Assembly (NCBI RefSeq): GCF_006345805.1
Contig: NC_043002.1
Coordinates: 52,328,001 to 52,392,000, forward strand
DNA length: 64,000 nt
DNA from: Octopus sinensis
Taxonomy: Eukaryota
Direction of reading: 5' to 3'
The stretch's first letter is position 1; each line of letters starts with the position of its first letter. The notes under the pieces are model-generated. The model saw nothing but the letters and a program-made list of their open reading frames with translations. It searched no databases and was not told where the DNA came from. Made by a program: the position numbers and the translations under genes. Shown piece after piece: positions 14,681 to 27,426 of this stretch.

Positions 14681-15699
14681 AATTAGGGAGAACCACAGAG
14701 CAGCGAAATACCTTCAAGAAATTTCAATACAAACTTTTAAAATTTAATTTAGGGTCCTAGTTTAAATTCTAAGTCAAATGCATTTTCCGAATAATTCTTC
14801 TCACTGTTTCTCTTTTCTCCTCTCATAAGGTGAATTGGGTTTTCCAAAATCTATTCATATTTTTTTTCAGTGAACAATACGGATCTTGGTAATAATATGA
14901 CGAAAAATAACATAAAATATATCCATTCCATATTTTAAAATTTTGTAAAGAAATACTAATCCTTTTATTTCTTATTCGTGTATTTCTTTATTCGTTTATT
15001 TGTAAAACCAAACAAGAACAGTAACATCTTACAAAAAGCAAGTTAAAGGACAATATTTCAAGAGAAACAGCTACCATCACCAATTGGAGGAGGTTTTTTG
15101 AAATAATGTGACACCTGTGAAACCACTTCGGTGTTTGATTTCGGCAAACATAAGAAATATGTTTAATTTTTCTTTTTCCAATCAAACATGAGGAGAAGCT
15201 GACGGAATCTGCTGTTTCATATTGGGGAAATGGTGCAGCCGGTTGTTCCAAGGAATAGTTTACCGTAAAAATGTTTCTGAGTTCCTCAGTCAGTGAAATA
15301 TGCCAATGCACTGATTGGAGAAGGCAGAAAACATTATTATGGAATTTTGACGTAAACCAACTGGAACTTCGTATTCAAATACGGAACCGCAAAACACTGA
15401 AGACACAAAGGCACATATCACAGAAGCGCTTGGATCGGAAGAAGAAACCAAACATCAACAGAATTTGAAAGCTAATTTTCTTTTTCCTTCACAGTCATAA
15501 ACGAATTTTATTTCAGTAATTATACACAAAAGAGAAACCAATTGAAACTGATAACATATCAATGTGTTTTTATTTCTATAATTCACTAAAATGTCAAAAT
15601 GAATTAATTTTAAGTAAGATATATATATATCTAACATCATCAGTTTTAGTGAGTTAATGTTTTGATAAATGTATTATGTTTCAGGAATAATTTACTGAC

Positions 15700-16785
15700 T
15701 GTATTGACGTATTGCTGAACTGTAATGATATGTTATCAACCGAACTTGTATTAACCATGAATATTTTTTGGTATTTGTGTGCACTCTCGTCCAATGGCTG
15801 CTCTCAAATCAGCGACTTGTAGGTTTCATAGCGTATAATTTGTCTTTAAGGTATCCCCATAAAAAAGTCTAGTGGTGTGAGGTCTGGTGAATTCAACCAT
15901 ACCTCTTCATCCAATCCACCTGTTTAGCAAGATCTCATCAAGGAAGGATCTAAGATAGCAATGGTAGTGTGGGGGTGCCCCATCTTGCTGAAAATAAAAC
16001 TCTTCATCTTCAAAGTCTTCTCTAATGCTTGGCATAACAGACTGTTGCAACAAGTTCAAGTAAACGGGACCAGTCACAGTAGCATAACAAAAGAATGGTC
16101 CAATTAATCCTCTTGATGATAAACCACACCACACAAATATCAAATTAACATGGTGTTTCACCATAACATGCAGATTCTCAGGACCCTAGTAGGTGCAATT
16201 GTGGCAGTTAATTGAACCATTTAATTTGAATGTGGCTTCATCACTCCACACAATCTTTGTTGGAAAGTGTGCAGCTTCTACACATCGTTCCAAGTACCAC
16301 TCGCAATGCTGCACTCTTTCGTCTGGATCATCATCATTAATAGCATGGACTAATCTTGGAATGTAACTTTTCCATTGACAATGCTTCAAAATGCATTGGA
16401 CAGATGATTTTGGAATACCTACCTCATGACTCGCTTTGCTGCACAGATTTTCTTGGTGATTCATTTCCAGTACTCCTTGCTTTGTTGGGGTTGTTGATGT
16501 TCGGGGTCTTCTGGAATGCTTATCGTGGACATTCTGAACAGTTCCATCAGCTTCAAACTTATCTCTAATTCAAGTGATAGTGAGTTGCATTGGTGGATCT
16601 GTTTGAAACTCCCTCCCCAACTGTTTTTGCACTTCAACTGCATTTTCACACTTCCAGTATCATTTTAGAATTAATTTTCTTTGTTCAAAGCTTAATCTGA
16701 CTGCCATCCTATAGGTTTCATCTGGAAAGAAAAAATATCAATTGAGTTATCAGCTGCTAAAGTGTGTATACATTTTTTGGACACC

Positions 16786-16788
<3 letters not shown>
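15700..16788 (-). mobile_element. Decayed Tc1/mariner-superfamily transposon, rosa/DD41D-like
   Basis: Minus-strand [23 protein letters not shown] and SPDLTPLDF(F)xWGYLKD. TIR TA|CAGGGTGTCC at 16788; the other TIR was not found. The DD41D assignment is approximate because of frameshifts. Confidence 0.8.
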
Positions 16789-16837
<49 letters not shown>

Positions 16838-17896
16838 TTTACTTTCAGTTACTGGATTGGGAAACCACCTTAAAGGGTTTTTTTATGTTCAACAGATCGT
16901 CTCCAGTTCTTATCTTTTTAAAGTCTGGTACTCTTATTATAACGGTATCTTTTGCAGAACCATTAATTTACAAGGACGTAAATAAAGCAACACTTGTGTG
17001 TGTGTGTTTGTGGGACTGTTCTCGAAATTGTATGACATAAGCACTTAGACACAAACTGATTGAGGCTACGTTAGTTTTGACGATGCTTAGTCGAGTTGTT
17101 ACATCTTTGAATTATAATAAAAGTGGCTGAGTATTCCACAGACACCTGTCCTCTTAGCGTGACCCTGAGTGCGACAATCAGAGTTGTGTGCCCTTTAAAT
17201 GGTAGGTACACTCTATTCTACTGACTTCCATGGTTTCTGCTAACCCAGTTTCACTTACACAGCTTGTGCAGACTCCATCTTGCGGTAAAAGACCCAAATT
17301 GCTCAAGATGCCATCTAGTAGCATATATTCTGAGAACTTGTGATTACGAAGAGACCTTGTTAAACACCGAGCCGTGCCTATACACACATACACAAAAACT
17401 GAAAGAACAACATGAAACCAGTGAGGAAGAAAGCATAGGAAAAATGAGAGAGAAAAGTTAATATAATGTAAAAGTTTAAGAAAAGGGAGCAGTATTATGT
17501 GATATTAATTACATCTGCCGTTTCACAAATTATATTTGGGTGTGTGGTTAAGAATTTCGCCTTGCAATCATGTAATTCTAGGTTCGATATCAGTGTGCAG
17601 TATCTCAGAAAACTCACTTCTACCACAATTACAGGTGTCAATTTAAGCTTTATAAGTGGAATGCAGACACTCCGTCGGTTGTGACGACGCGTTTTAGTTT
17701 ATCCAATCAACGGAAAAGCCTGTTCGTGATATTAATATGCAAATGGCTGAGCACTCCACAGACATGCATTCCTTTGACGAAGTTCACAGGGAGATTCAGC
17801 GTGATACAGAATATGCCAAGGCTGGCCCTTTGAATTACAGGAACTACTCATTTTTGCCAGCTGAGTAGACTGGAGCAATGTGAAATAGTATATATA

Positions 17897-18313
17897 CTCT
17901 ACTCTTTTTAATCTTTTACTTGTTTCAGTCATTTGACTGTGGCCATGCTGGAACACCGCCTTTAGTCGAGCAAATCGACCCCCAGGACTTATTCTTTGTA
18001 AGCCTAGTACTTATTCTATCGGTCTCTTTTGCCGAACCGTTAAGTTACGGGGACGTAAACACACCATCATCAGTTGTCAAGCGATATTGGGGGGACAATC
18101 ACAGACACACAAATACACACACACACACACACGCACATATATATATACATATATACGACGGGCTTCTTTCAGTTTCTGTCTACCAAATCCACTCACAAGG
18201 CTTTGGTCGGCTCGATGCTATAGTAGAAGACACTTACCCAAGGTGCCACGCAGTGGGACTGAACCTGGAACCATGTGGTTGGTAAGCAAGCTACTTACCA
18301 CACAGCCACTCCT
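17897..18313 (-). mobile_element. tRNA-derived composite SINE (family A), with internal microsatellite and (AAAAGAGT)n tail
   Basis: Minus strand has an A-box-like TGGCTGTGTGG, a B-box-like GGTTCAGTCCC, a conserved body and a CA/TA microsatellite. At least 8 related copies occur in the window. It resembles the described octopus tRNA-derived SINEs; the exact family was not assigned. Confidence 0.85.
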
Positions 18314-18781
18314 GAACAACAAAGATAAAGTAGTACATATTAAGTAGTGTACAACATGCATTCTCAGTTTATTGAAATTATCCAGAGAAAGTTGAAGAAT
18401 CACCAGGTGGCAACTGCAACCAACTCTAAACGAAGAGGGGAGACAATCTCAAGAACTAAGTATTTTGCAAAATTGACTTGTTATTAAGGAAAAAGATAAC
18501 TGTAGATATATGTTTCTGCCCCAACAAGCGTCGTCAAGGCAGGAGTCGGTCTAGCTCATTTTCCTCTTAACTAAGTATTTACGAGGTGGTATCAAGAGGT
18601 TCCCAGACTGGTTATGTTTAATAAAAAAAAAACTTATTTACCTACGTTTTAACATCATGTCCTTCGAAATAGTCACCTTGTGCAGTCGAGGACCTTCTGC
18701 GATTCGCAGTATTATATTGGTTGATGTATAATCGAGAAATAGCATAATGGAAATGCATATATATAACTAGTTCTAGTACTT

Positions 18782-18816
<35 letters not shown>

Positions 18817-18829
18817 TAATAATAATAAT

Positions 18830-19368
18830 GGCGCCTGCCATCAAAGTGACACTGTGGTACCAATATACGAAGCCCAATATATCCTTCATACCTATCCGTC
18901 TGATAAGGGTATACTAGGTACTTGCGTCACAACCATATATGCACGGCATAGTGATCTCATATCAAGATAAACAGCACATGACCTTGCAGGTGGAGTCCAG
19001 TTAGAATTTTCTTCTGGTCGAGTAGCCCATCCTGCTCAAAAGGTTCTTGAATAAGATTTGTTTTAAAGATGATGAACAAAACACCCATGTTTGCAGAGGT
19101 GAATTATTCAAACCCCGCCAAATTCCTCTCAACACATGTCTATGATGCTCCCCGACTATTTCTGCTCATGATCAGAGATGCACATATCATTAGCCTCTAA
19201 GGGACAAGCTCAACTGATTAAGGTCAAACAACTGACAAGCAAATCTATGGTACTGAGTAGAATATTTGCTGTAGCCTATCTTTTATGCTAAAACAAAACA
19301 ATGTATACGGTAACATTTACAATCAGTTAAGATCAGAAGCCATGAGTGCCACTGCCTAGTGCTGCATC

Positions 19369-19370
<2 letters not shown>
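18830..19370 (-). mobile_element. ~550 bp non-coding dispersed element flanked by (AAT)n/(ATT)n
   Basis: Reverse-complement homolog of 27725-28265 and 28744-29300. Confidence 0.8.
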
Positions 19371-19435
<65 letters not shown>

Positions 19436-19464
19436 CATCATTATTATTATTATTATTATTATTA

Positions 19465-19495
<31 letters not shown>

Positions 19496-19968
19496 CATTA
19501 TTATTATTATTATTATTATAATTATCATTATTATTATTATTATTATTATTATCATCATCATTATTATTAACATTATCATTATTTGTGTATATATAAAATA
19601 GTTTATTTCTCAAATCGTCCAAAAGACTCAGATTTTGGAAATCTGGAATTGTTCTCTGAGGTTATAAAGCACTCTAAAACATTGAAGATACTATTAGCAC
19701 AATTCACACAAAATTCCTAAATGATAAATAAGACGAGAACTTTTGTTTTGTGACTTCCTTTTTTAACTTCTATGAAATATATGCAAATGGTATTTTCTCC
19801 ACCATATTTTTACAACTCTAAATATGATCAATGACTAATACTCTTGTTTAAACCAATCATTTTTAAAACTTAGATACATATTGCAAATTTCACGTATGTT
19901 TTTGTTTATCATTTTAATCTTGATTTTCAATGATTTCAATATTATTTGACACCTCCCTTTATCTACAG

Positions 19969-20093
19969 AGATGCACTTATTACAAGTGCAGTCAACTGTT
20001 GCACCAGCTTTTTTGCCGGATTTGCCGTCTTCTCAGTCCTTGGGTACATGGCCCATGTTCACAAGAAAAGTGTTGCAGATGTATCACGTGAAG
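19969..20093 (+). CDS. SLC6A4: SERT internal exon (TM7/EL4), 125 nt
   Basis: ctacag| acceptor, G|gtaagt donor. (K)[41 protein letters not shown]; phases 2 and 1 fit the neighbouring exons. Confidence 0.97.
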
Positions 20094-20378
20094 GTAAGTT
20101 CATGTTTGGCGTTTACTTATGATGAAATTTAACTTTTTAATTGCGAAACTAAATTCCATGGTGATTCCAAGTAATGGTGTTCATTATCTACCAAAATACA
20201 GAATTGGTATCTTCAACAAAACACAATGCTTCTAATAACTCAATAACTAAAAGTATAATCTCACCTAAGATGAATCCTATGTAAACTAAATCGTGACTGA
20301 TAATGTTCTGTTATTTCCTGCTCTCTTGACACAATTTTATATGTTTAATACTTATACATTGATCATTTTATGTTGCAG

Positions 20379-20491
20379 ATGTTGGTCTAATCTTTATCGT
20401 CTACCCAGAAGCTATCGCTACACTGAAAGGGTCCGTATTTTGGGCCATAATTTTCTTTGTTATGCTAACTACTCTAGGACTTGATACCACG
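20379..20491 (+). CDS. SLC6A4: SERT internal exon (EL4/TM8), 113 nt
   Basis: ttgcag| acceptor, ACG|gtaggt donor. (D)[37 protein letters not shown]. Confidence 0.97.
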
Positions 20492-20675
20492 GTAGGTATA
20501 AACGCACCACACATACACCACACATTCATATGGGGCGAAAGGGATAATTTTTCCGTGTATACTTCAAATTCTCCATTCCTTCATGTCTTTCTATATTTAC
20601 ACGATGTCCATAGAAGCAGTTTGGATATTCGCTCATTTTATTCTATTCCTCTGGGACTCTCATAAATTTGATATA

Positions 20676-23097
20676 CAGTTATACCTCGCAGTACGAGTTT
20701 AATTCGTTCTATGACGGAACTCGTTTTACAAATCAATTTTCCCCATTGAAATTAATTAAAATATTATTAATCCGTTCTAGTTTCCCCAAATCATTTTTTA
20801 TGGGTTATGACAATTATAAAAGAACATAATAGAAGAGAATACAAAAGAGATATGTAAACTGGTTTTATTAGTTGAATAACCTTAAAGATAAGATGAATTG
20901 TGCCCGAGGAAGACGAAGGAGTGAGGAGGAGGAGGATTATTGTTTGGAAGGAGAATCTCCTACCATTAAGACTTCAGGAAGAACAATTTCTGGCATTTTC
21001 TCTCTCACTTTGCTTAATTTGTGCTTTTTGGATACACTTTCTTCACTTTTCACACTTGTAGGTCGTTTCATTAGAAACATCAAGAGAAGTTTGCTTTTCG
21101 CTGCCTTTCAAAATGTTACTAAAATACTCCATATTACTAAAATACATATCTAACTTTTCGCGATACACTTTCTTCACTTTTCACACTTGTAGGTCGTTTC
21201 ATTAGAAACATCAAGAGAAGTTTGCTTTTCGCTGCCTTTCAAAATGTTGTGGCAGAGTTGTGGCATTAAATAAAACAGCTGCACGACCTGTAGCTACTTT
21301 TGCGGGATGATATTTTTCTACAAATTCAGAAATATACTGCCAACACTGCTTTTATGTCTCTCGTAGAAATAGCCTTCTCCGCTACCCTGTCCTCCTCCGG
21401 GAAACCAATTTCTTCCACCGCAACTGAATTCTGCTGTTTCTGAAGCTGCGAGAGTTCATCTGTCGTCAGCTCCTCTGAGTGTTCCACGAGGTCCATGGAC
21501 TTGCCAAGAGACACTATCTCCTCGATTACAGGTGTCTCAGACTCAGACCTCGCGAGGTCCCTTTCGGATACGCAGTCAGGCCACAATTTCCACCATGCAA
21601 AATTCAGCGTTCTCCTTGTTACATCCTGCCAGATGATTTTCAGGCAGTTAACAATGTTGTAGTGCTTCTTTCAAAACTCACGAAAAGTTAGATATGTATT
21701 TCCGGTGATTTCAAAGCACCGACGAAACAGGTGTTTGTTGTACAATTTCTTAAAATTAGAAATCATATGCCGGCCCAGGGACGCTAACATAGGGGTGGTG
21801 TTGTGTGATACGTATAAAACTTTTATGAATTTAAATTCGTCTAGGATATCATCTTCGAAGTTAGGAGGGGAGGGTGAGGATGAGCAGGAGCGTTGTCGAA
21901 GATGAGGTGGACCTCGGGAGGAAAATCCATCTCCAGAAGATAATTTTTCACTGCTTGTACGAAGATAAGGTTGACTAACTCGGTGAAGGATTGTCTGGTG
22001 ACCCAGACTTTAACGTTTGCCCTCCACATGACCTGCAGCTCCTCCTTCGGGATTTTGTGCGACTTGAACGCTCGTGGGTTTTCGAAATGGTAAACAAGGA
22101 GCGGTTCAATCTTTATGTTTCCACTCGCATTGGCACAAAGAGCGAGAGTTAACCTATCTCTTATAGGCTTGTGGACTGGCATTTTCTTCTCTTCTGCAGT
22201 CATGTAGGTTCTGGGCATTTTTTCCTAAATAGGTAAATTTTATCACAGTTGAATACCTTTTATATGATGTACCTTTCGGCTGCGATGAACTGACGGAATT
22301 CATGCATGAAATCCTCAACTGTCTTCGTGTCAGAACTTGCTACTTCTACATACCTGACGACGCTATGAACACCAGTCCTCTTCTTGAAATTACCGAATCA
22401 GTCGCGATTGGCCATAAATGCGTGTATTGATGTCTCCTCCGACGATATTCCTAGTTTCTGCTTCAGGAGATCTCTGTACAGCAATCGTGCTTTCTCACAG
22501 ATGATGGTCTCCGTAATCGTATCCTCTGATAGTTGCTTCTCGTTGATTCACCGGAGAAGCAACATTTCCGTCTCTTTGTGGACAGATGTGCGCTACTTAG
22601 AGAGCCTGGAGACACTCTTTACTGTTGTAACGGCCTTGATCTCGTCCTTTTACTTCAGGATGGTGCAGATCGTCGACGTGCTTCGGTTGTATTGACAAGC
22701 ACTCCTCTTTCATGTTTATCAATGATTTCCTTCTTCAATTCTACCGCAATCAGCTTTTTCTTCTTCTCAGCACTGTCCTTTGCACTAACCTTCTTAGAGC
22801 CCATGGCTAACACAACTAATTATTATAGAATAATAGCAAAAAGTACACAAAACTAAAAAAAAATTGGATAAAACACAACAAGGATGTTGACACAACGAGA
22901 TAAACACTCGAACTGAGCGAGCGGAGGCTGCGCTTGTTCGGAGAGTGTGTGCGAGCTCAACAACAACTAGCGGTCGCTTGTATGAAACTCGCTGGCGCCA
23001 CGGATTTCCACTCGTTCGAGACAAAAATTCTCACGGGCCAAGGCTCGTACAACAAATTACTCGTACAATGGTGCATTCATACTGCGAGGTTCTACTG
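20676..23097 (-). mobile_element. Full-length Tigger/pogo DNA transposon (decayed transposase)
   Basis: TIRs TA|CAGTTATACCTCGCAGTA and TACTGCGAGGTTCTACTG|TA. Minus-strand MGSKKVSAKDSAEKKK...KEIIDKHERG (CENP-B-like N-terminus) and RDRLTLALCANASG...PLLVYHFENPRAFK...LIFDNAPAHP (DDE_1). Length 2422 bp. Confidence 0.92.
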
Positions 23098-23714
23098 TAT
23101 GTATGTATGTATGTATGTATGTATGTATGTATGTATGTATGTATGTATTATTTGTGTGTGTGTATTTGTGTGCTTGTGGGTGTGTTCATAGAAAACATTA
23201 CAGGAGAGTGAAAATTATTTATGTCATTCTTGCATGTGTTCAAGTGAATATGATGAGGTTGCAGCAAACATTCTTGACCAGCTTTGTGTATATATCCTCA
23301 GCTATTTCAGAGTGCTGTGTTCTGTTCATGTGCACCTAGCCTATGTTATAAAATTCAGGCTAATAATCTTCACTGAAACATACTAATTTTCTATGGAGTA
23401 TGGAAACAAGAAAAGAGGGTATTTGACTAAAATATACGAATTTTCTTCACAGTTTTCTCTTTTGATGTATAAAATTTCAGGAGGAATTGTAAATACTGGT
23501 TCATCGTGCTCATGAACTTGCACTAGGATATGTATATATGTATATACGTACATCTGTGCATACACGTCTATACATGCATACATACATACATACATACATA
23601 CATACATACATACATACATACATACATACCAATATATATATATACACACACATATACATACATACATACATATAAGATATATATATATATAATATATATA
23701 TATTATATATATAT

Positions 23715-23890
23715 ATATTATAATACATTTCGTTATTTTCCTGTAGCTGGTGGCATACAGAGTAGTTCATGAGATTTAATCATGATCTACCCTGTATGCT
23801 ACTAGATACAGGCTATGAAATATATTATAATCGAAATAAGCGAAATGTATATGAGTACATGAAATATACATTTATGTACGCATATGCATT

Positions 23891-23944
<54 letters not shown>

Positions 23945-24775
23945 CATTATAAGTTATTGTCGAAATTAAAGCTAACCACAGAGGTAATATGAAGACATCT
24001 GAGGCATTTCGGTCTCTTGCCAGTTGGTTTGTATTCACGGCATAAAATATCTAAAAGCGAAACAGTATTGTTCTTGTAAACCAGTTAAGTTTTGAAGCAG
24101 CGTGTTTTAAAGAACTGTAATCAAAACGAGTAATTCTACGCATAAAGTGTAGATGGTTGAAGAGTTATTTTAAAATGGGAAGCTAGTGTTGCTAATTAAC
24201 TGATAATAAAATTGAAACTTAATGAATCAATAAATCGTTTTGATGTGATATCATCTAAATTAGTAATCGTATTCCTTGTTGCACCCAAACTCCAGATTAA
24301 ATTATTTGTATATAAATAGTCAGAAATATTTCGGGTTTTTAAAAAACAGGAACCCTTGTAGGGAACCCTCGCATTTAAGAGTATTCTTTTTCTATTGAAA
24401 ATTGTGCTATAATTAGACTGCAACTACTCAGTGGATCTCAAACCATTTTTTGCCTGTGGAACTCTTTGATTCCTATTTTACTCTACTGGAATTCCATAAC
24501 CATTCCATGTATTCTTTTACTCTTTTACTCTTTTACTTGTTTCAGTCATGTGACTGTGGCCATGCTGGAGCACCGCCTTTAGTCGAGCAAATCGACCCCA
24601 GGACTTATTCTTTGTAAGCCTAGTACTTATTCTATCGGTGTCTTTTGCCGAACCGCTAAGTTACAGGGACGTAAACACACCAGCATCGGTTGTCAACTGA
24701 TGTTGTGGGGACAAACACAGACGCACAAGCATATGCACACACACATATACATATATACATATATATATATATTAT

Positions 24776-24823
<48 letters not shown>

Positions 24824-25014
24824 ATATATAATATATATATATATAATACATTTCGTTATTTTCCTGTAGCTGGTGGCATACAGAGTAGTTCATGAGATTT
24901 AAATCATGATCTACCCTGTATGCTACTAGATACAGGCTATGAAATATATTATAATCGAAATAAGCGAAATGTATATGAGTACATGAAATATACATTTATG
25001 TACGCATATGCATT

Positions 25015-25072
<58 letters not shown>

Positions 25073-25870
25073 CATTATAAGTTATTGTCGAAATTAAAGC
25101 TAACCACAGAGGTAATATGAAGACATCTGAGGCATTTCGGTCTCTTGCCAGTTGGTTTGTATTCACGGCATAAAATATCTAAAAGCGAAACAGTATTGTT
25201 CTTGTAAACCAGTTAAGTTTTGAAGCAGCGTGTTTTAAAGAACTGTAATCAAAACGAGTAATTCTACGCATAAAGTGTAGATGGTTGAAGAGTTATTTTA
25301 AAATGGGAAGCTAGTGTTGCTAATTTAACTGATAATAAAATTGAAACTTAATGAATCAATAAATCGTTTTGATGTGATATCATCTAAATTAGTAATCGTA
25401 TTCCTTGTTGCACCCAAACTCCAGATTAAATTATTTGTATATAAATAGTCAGAAATATTTCGGGTTTTTAAAAAACAGGAACCCTTGTAGGGAACCCTCG
25501 CATTTAAGAGTATTCTTTTTCTATTGAAAATTGTGCTATAATTAGACTGCAACTACTCAGTGGATCTCAAACCATTTTTTGCCTGTGGAACTCTTTGATT
25601 CCTATTTTACTCTACTGGAATTCCATAACCATTCCATGTATTCTTTTACTCTTTTACTCTTTTACTTGTTTCAGTCATGTGACTGTGGCCATGCTGGAGC
25701 ACCGCCTTTAGTCGAGCAAATCGACCCCAGGACTTATTCTTTGTAAGCCTAGTACTTATTCTATCGGTGTCTTTTGCCGAACCGCTAAGTTACAGGGACG
25801 TAAACACACCAGCATCGGTTGTCAAGTGATGTTGTGGGGACAAACACAGACGCACAAGCATATACACACA
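23715..25870. repeat. Near-identical 1129 bp tandem duplication
   Basis: The identical ORF at 24196 and 25325 gives the offset. The copies differ by a handful of single bases or indels, and each starts after a (TA)n tract. Confidence 0.93.
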
Positions 25871-25875
25871 CACAT

Positions 25876-25972
<97 letters not shown>

Positions 25973-26214
25973 GACGGGCTTCTTTCAGTTTCTGTCTACC
26001 AAATCCACTCACAAGGCTTTGGTCGGCCCGAGGCTATAGTAGAAGACACTTGCCCAAGGTGCCACGCAGTGGGACTGAATCCGAAACGATGTGGTTGGTA
26101 AGCAAGCTACTTACCACACAGCCACTAGCTACTTACCACATAGCCACTAGCTACTTGCCACACAGCCACAAGCTACTTACCACACAGCCGCTAGCTACTT
26201 ATCACACAGCCACT
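25645..26214 (-). mobile_element. SINE family A copy with 5 tandem copies of a 22 bp head segment
   Basis: Homologous to 17897-18313. agctacttaccacacagccact occurs 5 times at 26105-26214. Confidence 0.88.
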
Positions 26215-26231
26215 CTAAAATATTATTGGTA

Positions 26232-26421
26232 AGGCGTAGGAGTGACTGTGTGGTAAGTAGCTTGCTTACGAACCTCATGGTTCCGGGTTCAGCCCCACTG
26301 CGTGGCACCTTGGGCAAGTGTCTTCTACTATAGTCTCGGGCCGACCAAAGCCTTGTGAGTGGACTTGGTAGACGGAAACTGAAAGAAACCCGTCATATAT
26401 ATGTATATGTATATGCATATG

Positions 26422-26477
<56 letters not shown>

Positions 26478-26726
26478 CGTGCGCGTATGTGTGAGTGTGT
26501 GTGTGTGTGTGTTTGCGTGTCTGTGTTTGTCTCCCACCTACGTCGTTTGACAACCGATGCTGTTGTGTTTACGTCCTCGTAACTTAGCGGTTCGGCAAAA
26601 GAGACCGATAGAATAAGTACTAGGCTTACAAAGAATAAGTCCTGGGGTCGATTTGCTCGACTAAAGGCGGCGCTCCAGTATGGCCACAGTCAAATGACTG
26701 AAACAAGTAAAAGAGTAAAAGAGTAA
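26232..26726 (+). mobile_element. SINE family A, full-length copy
   Basis: Head aggcgtaggagtgactgtgtggtaag...ggttcagcccc; tail gaaacaagtaaaagagtaaaagagtaa. Confidence 0.88.
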
Positions 26727-26876
26727 GTATATACAAAAATAAAATATTTTGTGTTTTGTAGATTTATAAACAATTCATTGCATATAAATTCTGACAACCA
26801 AATCTTATATGAAACCCCATGAGAAGTTGAGAAGTTTTGATATAAATGATCAAAATAATAATTTTCTTTTTTTCAG

Positions 26877-27005
26877 TTTGGTGGCTTGGAGGCAATATGT
26901 ACTGGTATTCTTGACGAATTCCCCAAATTAAGACGACACCGAGAATTGTTTGTTGCCTTCCTTCTCGTATATTGTTTGCTAGGTGGCCTTGCGACAACAA
27001 CTTAT
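26877..27005 (+). CDS. SLC6A4: SERT internal exon (TM8 end/TM9), 129 nt
   Basis: tttcag| acceptor, TAT|gtaagt donor. FGGLEAICTGILDEFPKLRRHRELFVAFLLVYCLLGGLATTTY. Confidence 0.96.
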
Positions 27006-27370
27006 GTAAGTCAACTGTTACCTTCTTGTTTATTGTTGTTATTATTGCAATTAATTTTTCCTCTCTTTATTTTTTGTTCTTCGCTTTCTTGATCTTATTC
27101 TCCATTTTACCACTGCAAAATGTATATTATGATAAACACAGTGATAGTAAGATCTATAGTTATTTTAACCATTGCTATGAAGTTACAAACAGGGCATTGC
27201 ACCAAAATAAGCAAGGTGTAGTATAGGAATTTATGCAATGAATAATTGGGGACACTACCACAATGCAAAAGTAAAAGAAAGACATTTAATATATTCCAAT
27301 TAAAGCAGAAATTTGAATGAATTTACTTTCCTCTTCTGGATTGAAGTGCTTTTCATTACACAACTTTGTT

Positions 27371-27413
<43 letters not shown>

Positions 27414-27426
27414 GTAATAATAATAA

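Noticed and set aside
21440-21470. CTGACGA...GAAA on the minus strand
   Set aside because: It lies within Tigger coding sequence, and helices I and III do not form; a chance match.
26105-26214. Regular 22 bp repeats that could look like a CRISPR array
   Set aside because: Head-to-tail with no unique spacers, derived from a SINE head, and in a eukaryotic context.
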